Made by a program: the position numbers and the translations under genes | Source of the DNA: Pseudomonadota bacterium | GTDB lineage: Bacteria > Pseudomonadota > Gammaproteobacteria > Diplorickettsiales > Diplorickettsiaceae | Length of the DNA: 56,822 nucleotides | Reading direction: 5' to 3' | NCBI GenBank assembly: GCA_040390025.1 | Contig: JAZJZD010000001.1 | Location: forward strand, 1-56,822 | Part shown: in pieces, positions 51,005 through 56,822 of the stretch | How positions within the stretch are numbered: position 1 is the first letter of the stretch | Layout of the letters: the number at the start of each line of letters is the position of its first letter | The notes under the pieces: model-generated | Databases searched by the model: none | The model's input: only the letters and a program-made list of their open reading frames with translations | Told to the model about the DNA's origin: nothing

Positions 51005-51034
51005 TTGAAATAGGTTTGAGAAGCCACCATTGTA
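51005..51034 (+). promoter_or_regulatory. putative sigma-32 (heat-shock) promoter for hslVU
   Basis: TTGAAA (51005-51010) - 13 nt - CCACCATTGTA (51024-51034), compared with the sigma-32 consensus CTTGAAA-N13-15-CCCCATNTA. 37 nt upstream of the hslV start. Confidence 0.4.
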
Positions 51035-51070
51035 GCTTCTCTATAACTAACAAATTCTAAAGGATACTGG

Positions 51071-51628
51071 GTGCAAGCTTTACACGGTACAACAATATTA
51101 TTGGTTCGGTATAAGGGTAAGGTCGTTATAGGTGGAGATGGACAAGTAACTTTAGGGAACGCCATCGTTTTAAAGGGGAATGCCAAGAAAGTTCGTAAAA
51201 TATATAAAGGTCAGGTATTAGTTGGATTTGCTGGAGCTACCGCCGATGCATTTACTTTATTAGAACTATTTGAAGGCAAGTTAGAAAAACACCATGGTAA
51301 TTTAGGGCGATCTGCAGTTGAGCTTGCTAAAGATTGGCGCTCTGACCGTATATTGCGTCGTTTGGAAGCGATGTTAATAGTTGCGGATAAAGAAAAAACG
51401 TTTATGTTAAGTGGCAATGGTGATGTTATTGAGCCCGAATATGATTCTGTTGCCATTGGTTCTGGCGGATCTTATGCTCAATCGGCCGCTTTAGCCTTAT
51501 TGAACAATACAGAATTAAATGCACGTGATATTGTTGAAAAGAGTTTAAGTATTGCAGCAGATATTTGTGTTTTCACCAATCATCAACGCACCATTGAAGA
51601 GCTTGACTCGATTTCTATTAAAAAATAA
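51071..51628 (+). CDS. hslV: ATP-dependent protease subunit HslV
   Basis: [24 protein letters not shown]... collinear with E. coli HslV. GTG start with an AAAGGA Shine-Dalgarno. Five residues (MQALHG) precede the catalytic Thr-Thr. Confidence 0.9.
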   Translation: MQALHGTTILLVRYKGKVVIGGDGQVTLGNAIVLKGNAKKVRKIYKGQVLVGFAGATADAFTLLELFEGKLEKHHGNLGRSAVELAKDWRSDRILRRLEAMLIVADKEKTFMLSGNGDVIEPEYDSVAIGSGGSYAQSAALALLNNTELNARDIVEKSLSIAADICVFTNHQRTIEELDSISIKK

Positions 51629-51827
51629 AAAAATATATTTTTCGTCTATTAATCCAATAATGAAAATTAATTCAATGAATCTATTTGCTAAGTTTACCAA
51701 TGAATCTAATGATACTTCTGAACTAATTGTGATGGATGCGAATTTTCCAGAAGAAAGTTCAGCTGAATCTATAGAGCTTGCCCAGGATACTACATCCATT
51801 GGATTGTGCGATCCGACTGAAATTGAT

Positions 51828-53156
51828 ATGACGCCTAAACAGATTGTACAGGAACTTGATCGTTATATTATTGGGCAAAACGATGCAAAGCGGGCGATTG
51901 CCATTGCTTTGCGTAATCGAAGACGTCGGATGCTACTTGAGCCTGAGTTACGTGAAGAAGTAACCCCTAAAAATATTCTTATGATAGGCCCTTCGGGTGT
52001 CGGTAAAACTGAAATTGGCCGACGTGCGGCGAAAATAACAGCTTGTCCCTTTTTAAAAGTGGAAGCTACTAAATTTACTGAGGTAGGTTATATCGGGCGT
52101 GATGTGGATTCTATTCCAAGAGATTTAGTTGATTCTGCCTTTAAACATTTACGCGAAGAAGAGATTAAGCGGTTACAACCACAAGTTTTAGAGGCGGCAG
52201 AGAACAAGGTAATTGATTATTTTGTTCCTCCTACGCGTACGACAGTAGCAGAAGCTGATGAACCCAAGAAAAAAGAAAAATCGGTTGCACGCGAGGTTTT
52301 CCGTAAGCAATTGCGTGAAGGCCTTCTAGATAATAAGGAAATCGAAACTGAGCTTGCTAGCTTACCGGTTGGGGTAGAGATTATGGGCCCGCCTGGTATG
52401 GAAGAAATGACAAATCAATTACAGCATATGTTGCAAAATATTGGATCGTCCCGGCCGCGAACAGTTCGTATGAAAGTAAAGGAGGCGTTTCCTGCTATAC
52501 AAAAAGAAGAGGCTAGTAAATTATTGAATGAAGAAGCGCTTAAACGTAAAGCGATAGAATGGGTCGAGCAATATGGTATCGTATTTATTGATGAAATCGA
52601 TAAAGTATGTCGCCGTGGTGAAATGAGTGGGGCTGATGTTTCGCGCGAAGGTGTGCAGCGTGATCTATTACCTCTCATTGAAGGTTGTACCGTTTCTACG
52701 AAATACGGGATGGTAAGAACAGATCATATTTTATTTATTGCCGCAGGTGCTTTTCATTTAGCTAAACCATCGGATTTAGTGCCTGAATTACAAGGTCGTT
52801 TACCTATTCGTGTTGAATTAAAGGCGTTAACGGCAGAAGATTTTGAACGTATTCTGACTGAACCAAAAGCTTCTTTAATTACCCAATATGAGGCTTTGCT
52901 GGGAACGGAAGGCATGGATTTGAGTTTCGCTAAATCTGCTATCAAACGAATTGCTGAAATTGCCTATGATGTTAATGAAAAGACTGAAAATATCGGGGCA
53001 CGTCGTTTATATACTGTAATGGAACGATTGCTTGAAAAAATATCCTTTGAAGCGGCAGATTATAGTGGTAAGTCTGTAAAAATAGATGTTAACTATGTCA
53101 ATCAGCATTTAGCAGGTCTAGCAGGTGATCAAGATCTTAGCCATTTTATTTTATAA
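51828..53156 (+). CDS. hslU: ATP-dependent protease ATPase subunit HslU
   Basis: [34 protein letters not shown] matches the HslU N-terminus. Walker [10 protein letters not shown]. The ORF is open from 51552 (inside hslV), with an in-frame Met at 51660, so an N-terminally extended form cannot be excluded. Confidence 0.85.
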   Translation: MTPKQIVQELDRYIIGQNDAKRAIAIALRNRRRRMLLEPELREEVTPKNILMIGPSGVGKTEIGRRAAKITACPFLKVEATKFTEVGYIGRDVDSIPRDLVDSAFKHLREEEIKRLQPQVLEAAENKVIDYFVPPTRTTVAEADEPKKKEKSVAREVFRKQLREGLLDNKEIETELASLPVGVEIMGPPGMEEMTNQLQHMLQNIGSSRPRTVRMKVKEAFPAIQKEEASKLLNEEALKRKAIEWVEQYGIVFIDEIDKVCRRGEMSGADVSREGVQRDLLPLIEGCTVSTKYGMVRTDHILFIAAGAFHLAKPSDLVPELQGRLPIRVELKALTAEDFERILTEPKASLITQYEALLGTEGMDLSFAKSAIKRIAEIAYDVNEKTENIGARRLYTVMERLLEKISFEAADYSGKSVKIDVNYVNQHLAGLAGDQDLSHFIL

Positions 53157-53159
53157 ACA

Positions 53160-53522
53160 ATGGCTACCCCATTTCCTCTAGATATTAAACTCTTGCAAAA
53201 AACGAGAGTACTTGAGATTCAATTTAATAATGGGGAAAAGTTTGTTTTACCTTGTGAGTACTTGCGAGTATTTTCACCTTCAGCCGAGGTCAAAGGACAT
53301 GGCCAATCTGAGGGAAATTTAGTTCCTGGGAAAAAAGAAGTTAATATTGTTAATATAGAACCCATCGGTCATTATGCAGTGAAATTGATCTTTGATGATG
53401 GCCATAGTACAGGGATATATAGTTGGGAGACACTCTATGATTTGGCGGTGCACTACGAAGTGTATTGGCAACGTTATCTGCAACGTTTAGAAGCAGCAAA
53501 CGCAAACCGAGACCCAGCCTAA
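53160..53522 (+). CDS. DUF971 family protein (gamma-butyrobetaine hydroxylase-like N-terminal domain)
   Basis: 120-aa protein with the conserved ...YLRVFSPSAEV...IEPIGHYAVKLIFDDGH...GIYSWETL pattern. Common neighbour of hslU. Confidence 0.6.
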   Translation: MATPFPLDIKLLQKTRVLEIQFNNGEKFVLPCEYLRVFSPSAEVKGHGQSEGNLVPGKKEVNIVNIEPIGHYAVKLIFDDGHSTGIYSWETLYDLAVHYEVYWQRYLQRLEAANANRDPA

Positions 53523-53606
53523 CTTTTTATTTTCCTAATAACTTGTAAGCCTGCTTGTTTATTTTTTTGTGTGCCCGTCGGGGATGGTGGGTGCGAGCTG
53601 CATTTT

Positions 53607-53885
53607 CTAATGTATTAGTTTTAAACACGAAAGAACAATTGAAGTTTGGGCAATAGCAGCGCCTAACACCCACCGGATGAGTTCCGCTCTTAATTCAGCA
53701 ATTTTAATATCTATTTTAGCATTTACTTCAGCAAGTTTAGTATCTAAGTATTGCGGGGTGATAATTCTGTTGATAATAACTTCGGAAAGTAATTGAGCAT
53801 GTGTTTCCGCTTGTTCTTTAGGCACACCTGCTTTTTTCAACTTATTAGCATACGTTAGGGTATCGAATGCTGCTGCTTTGCCCAT
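53607..53885 (-). CDS. small coiled-coil protein with C-terminal TM helix (DUF1640-like)
   Basis: 92 aa. Pattern FDT..YA..LKKAGVP..QAE.HA ... IRWVLGAAIAQ. Confidence 0.45.
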   Translation of the reverse strand: MGKAAAFDTLTYANKLKKAGVPKEQAETHAQLLSEVIINRIITPQYLDTKLAEVNAKIDIKIAELRAELIRWVLGAAIAQTSIVLSCLKLIH

Positions 53886-53970
53886 GCTGCCTTACTCCTT
53901 TTTATTATATTTATCAATCATCTATTTAAGATAGTAACATGGCAGGTTATTTTTGCAAACACGCTTAATT

Positions 53971-55173
53971 TTATTTTTTCTGTAAAATAGTCACTTTGGC
54001 AAACCGTCTTTTGCCAACTTGGTAAATGTGCGTTGTGCCATTACCAAGTTTTAGATTTTTGTCTTCAATTTTTACGGAATCTATTTTCACAGCACCTTCG
54101 CTCATCAATCTTAAGGCTTCTGATGTACTCGCGACTAATCCAACTTGTTTTAGCAGATTGGCAATAGGTATATCGCCGTCTATGTGTAGGGTGATTGTTT
54201 TTATCTCCGTTGGAATAGCGCCCGTCTTGCGACGTTCGAATTCTTTTAAAGCATTTTCTGCGACTGTTTTAGCATAAAAACGTTCAACAATTTCTAATGC
54301 GAGTTCAACTTTAAAATCACGCGGATTAGCTACGCCTTGTGTGGTTTCTTGCTGCATACGATCGATATCCTTCATCGTTTTCTTAAAAGAAAGTAATTCA
54401 AAGTAGCGCCACATTAGATTGTCTGAAATTGACATGATCTTTCCAAACATCTCATTGGGCGGTTCATTAATCCCTATATAATTATTTAATGATTTAGACA
54501 TTTTCTGCACGCCATCCAATCCTTCTAAGAGAGGCATCATGATGACGATTTGTGGTTCTTGTTGGAAGTGTTTTTGTAGTTCTCTTCCCATTAATAGATT
54601 AAATTTTTGATCTGTACCGCCTAGCTCGACATCGCTTTTTAATGCAAGGGAATCGTAACCCTGTAGTAGAGGATATAAGAATTCATGGATAGCAATGGGT
54701 TGCTGATTGTGGTAACGCTTATGGAAATCATCTCTTTCTAACATTCGGGCAACCGTGTGCGTTGCGGCTAATTTAATTAATTCTGGAACAGAAAGTTTGT
54801 TGAGCCATTCTGAATTAAAACGCAAATTCGTTTTTTTACTGTCTAAAATTTTATTAAACTGATCTTGATAGGTTTTTGCATTGGCTTGAACTTCTTCCGA
54901 AGTTAATGGAGGACGTGTTGCATTCTTACCAGAAGGATCGCCAATGCGGCCTGTAAAATCACCAATCAAAAAGGTAACTTCATGTCCTAAGTCCTGTAAT
55001 TGACGCATTTTATTGATAAGAACGGTATGACCTAAATGCAAATCTGGCGCGGTAGGGTCAAATCCTGCTTTAATTTGTAAAGGTTTGCCCCGTGCTAATT
55101 TTTTCTTTAATTCCTCAACAACAAGTATTTCGCTTGTTCCTCGTTGGATAATTTCAAAAGAGGTTATCGTCAT
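53971..55173 (-). CDS. tyrS: tyrosyl-tRNA synthetase
   Basis: HLGH (PDLHLGHTV) and KMSKS motifs. C-terminal S4 domain. 400 aa. Confidence 0.95.
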   Translation of the reverse strand: MTITSFEIIQRGTSEILVVEELKKKLARGKPLQIKAGFDPTAPDLHLGHTVLINKMRQLQDLGHEVTFLIGDFTGRIGDPSGKNATRPPLTSEEVQANAKTYQDQFNKILDSKKTNLRFNSEWLNKLSVPELIKLAATHTVARMLERDDFHKRYHNQQPIAIHEFLYPLLQGYDSLALKSDVELGGTDQKFNLLMGRELQKHFQQEPQIVIMMPLLEGLDGVQKMSKSLNNYIGINEPPNEMFGKIMSISDNLMWRYFELLSFKKTMKDIDRMQQETTQGVANPRDFKVELALEIVERFYAKTVAENALKEFERRKTGAIPTEIKTITLHIDGDIPIANLLKQVGLVASTSEALRLMSEGAVKIDSVKIEDKNLKLGNGTTHIYQVGKRRFAKVTILQKK

Positions 55174-56018
55174 ATTGTTTTACCAGTTAATGCTAATGCT
55201 TGTGCGTAAAGATTATTTTTTTTTTCATGCGTTATTTGGGCAGCGAGTATTGCGGCCTTTTTAATAGGCAATTCACCTAATAGCAATTTCAAAATTCGTT
55301 GTATTTCTAGATCGGAATATTTTAAAGCATGCTCATTTCCTTTTACGAGCACAACAAATTCACCTCGTTGTTGGTTTGTATTATCGACGAGCCAGGGCCT
55401 TAGCTGTTCTAGGTTTCCTGCATGTATAGTTTCAAAGGTTTTAGTTAACTCTCTGGCTAATACAACATAGCGTTTAGGCCCCAATATCAATAACATATTT
55501 TCAATTAAATCTAGAATCCGGTGCGGTGCTTCATAGAAAATAATCGTGCGTGTTTCATAAAACAAATCCTTTAGTTTTGTTTGCCTAGCTATTTTTTTTG
55601 TAGGTAAGAACCCTGCAAAAACAAATTGTTGACAATTTAACCCTGAAGCGCTTAAGGCGGTTATTAAGGCGCAGGGACCTGGAATAGGGATAACCGGAAT
55701 TCCATTTTCACGTACTTTGTTGACTAAAATATAGCCAGGGTCACTAATTAAGGGAGTTCCCGCATCACTTATTAAAGCAATAGTCTGCTTTTGCAGCAGT
55801 TTTTTTAATAATAGTTCAGTGCGCTCGGCTTCGTTATGTTCATGTAAAGAAAGCATGGGAGTGGTAATTGCAAAATGACTTAGTAGTTTACGGGAGTGGT
55901 TGGTATCCTCTGCCGCAATGCAATTGACATTTTTTAGTGTTTCTAATGCCCGCGCACTGATGTCTCCGAGATTGCCAATAGGTGTGGCAACGATATATAG
56001 AGCGGGGGCTTTTAGCAT
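55170..56018 (-). CDS. rsmI: 16S rRNA (cytidine1402-2'-O)-methyltransferase
   Basis: Tetrapyrrole-methylase fold with N-terminal [15 protein letters not shown]. Overlaps tyrS by 4 bp. Confidence 0.85.
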   Translation of the reverse strand: MLKAPALYIVATPIGNLGDISARALETLKNVNCIAAEDTNHSRKLLSHFAITTPMLSLHEHNEAERTELLLKKLLQKQTIALISDAGTPLISDPGYILVNKVRENGIPVIPIPGPCALITALSASGLNCQQFVFAGFLPTKKIARQTKLKDLFYETRTIIFYEAPHRILDLIENMLLILGPKRYVVLARELTKTFETIHAGNLEQLRPWLVDNTNQQRGEFVVLVKGNEHALKYSDLEIQRILKLLLGELPIKKAAILAAQITHEKKNNLYAQALALTGKTI

Positions 56019-56099
56019 AAAACTTTTAGTAATAAAGACTTAGATAGGTATAATGACACACCGTTTTATACTGCGCAAAATTCAGAGGTTAGAATTACT

Positions 56100-56756
56100 A
56101 TGTCAGAGCAACCAAAACAACAAAAATTAGGGTTGTGGATGTTAACGGCCTTAGTAGCTGGAAATATGATAGGGTCAGGCATTTTTTTATTACCTGCCTC
56201 TCTAGCTCAGTTTGGTAGTATCAGTTTACTTTCTTGGATTGCTACAGCGGTCGGCGCTTTGTTAATAGCGCTGGTATTTGCTAAGCTAGGTACAGTTATG
56301 CCACTTATTGGAGGCCCTTATGCTTATTGTCGAGAGGCATTTGGCGACTTTGTTGGATTTCAAATGGCTTATAATTACTGGATTGCGCTTTGGGTAGGAA
56401 ATGCAGCAATAGCCGTTGCTTTGACAGGCTATTTAAGCTTTTTTTTCCCCATTTTGGCTAAAGATACCATACTAGCGTGTGGCGTTAGTATAAGTCTGGT
56501 TTGGCTAATGACCTTTATTAATTTACTGGGAGTACGGCATGCAGGCGCCTTTCAATTACTCACTACTATCTTAAAGCTTATTCCACTATTGCTTATTGCA
56601 ATGGTAGGGGTCTTTTATATACATCCTCATTACCTCGCTGATTTTAATTTAACCGATAAATCAAATTTTACGGCTTTTAGTAGCGCAGCCACATTAACCT
56701 TATGGTCTTTTGCCCCCTGTGCAATCAGAACGGGATCCTTTATCTTATCGGCATGA
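56100..56756 (+). pseudogene. APC-family amino acid permease, N-terminal ~6 TM only (truncated or frameshifted)
   Basis: MLTALVAGNMIGSGIFLLPASLA signature of APC transporters. The reading frame stops after 218 aa, shortly after the conserved FTAFS..ATLTLWSF segment, where homologues continue for ~220 more residues. Confidence 0.5.
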
Positions 56757-56822
56757 AAAACGGGAGAAGCTATTCTGAGATAATCGGCATCTGATTCCGG
56801 ATTACCTACCATTTCATAATAC
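56630..56822 (-). CDS. C-terminal fragment of an alpha/beta-hydrolase (S9 peptidase/dienelactone-hydrolase-like), runs off the window edge
   Basis: ...ASPVFHADKIKDPVLIAQGAKDHKVNV... resembles the region around the catalytic Asp/His of alpha/beta hydrolases. Its 3' end overlaps the permease remnant in antisense. Confidence 0.35.
   Translation of the reverse strand, partial: YYEMVGNPESDADYLRIASPVFHADKIKDPVLIAQGAKDHKVNVAALLKAVKFDLSVKLKSAR

Noticed and set aside
1-56822. CRISPR arrays, IS transposases, integrases near tRNA-Glu/tRNA-Ser, rRNA genes
   Set aside because: No regularly spaced direct repeats were found, and no ORF has DDE/tyrosine-recombinase motifs. The only repeats are the palindromic MITE/REP-like units reported above.

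Overview
The window is a 56.8-kb chromosomal segment from a low-GC gammaproteobacterium. Gene content and the AT-rich accessory ORFs suggest a Legionellales-type (Coxiella/Legionella/Rickettsiella-like) intracellular organism, but the genus cannot be assigned from sequence alone. Most of it is densely packed housekeeping genes. These include a partial tRNA-Glu at the left edge, beta-carbonic anhydrase, metG, mrp/apbC, dcd, rsmA, a leucine dehydrogenase + branched-chain 2-oxoacid dehydrogenase operon (E1alpha/E1beta/E2), cca, psd, gloB, folB-like, mutS-pssA, trpS, pckA, proC, the amgK-murU peptidoglycan-recycling pair, dapA with a mini BamC-like lipoprotein, tRNA-Ser(CGA), thpR, cydAB with an unannotated DUF2474-like micro-ORF, def-fmt-rsmB, an OmpA-like lipoprotein, argS, an FtsN-like SPOR protein, hslVU, tyrS and rsmI. 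Between these sit several markedly AT-rich, probably horizontally acquired, orphan genes. One pair is a 733-aa polytopic lysine-rich membrane protein with a 589-aa soluble flotillin/SPFH-like protein. Another is a eukaryote-type cytochrome P450. A third is a 350-aa orphan. A fourth pair is a 464-aa orphan with an APH/choline-kinase-fold protein, separated by a perfect 15-bp palindrome. A family of ~190-bp palindromic MITE/REP-like repeats has at least three copies in the window. Two copies in inverted orientation bracket a two-gene cassette (a secreted hydrolase-like protein and an FAD monooxygenase) that abuts the AT-rich SPFH module. Together this marks 13.3-21.6 kb as the most accessory-like part of the window and the best candidate for an undescribed system. 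No CRISPR array, transposase, integrase or rRNA was seen.
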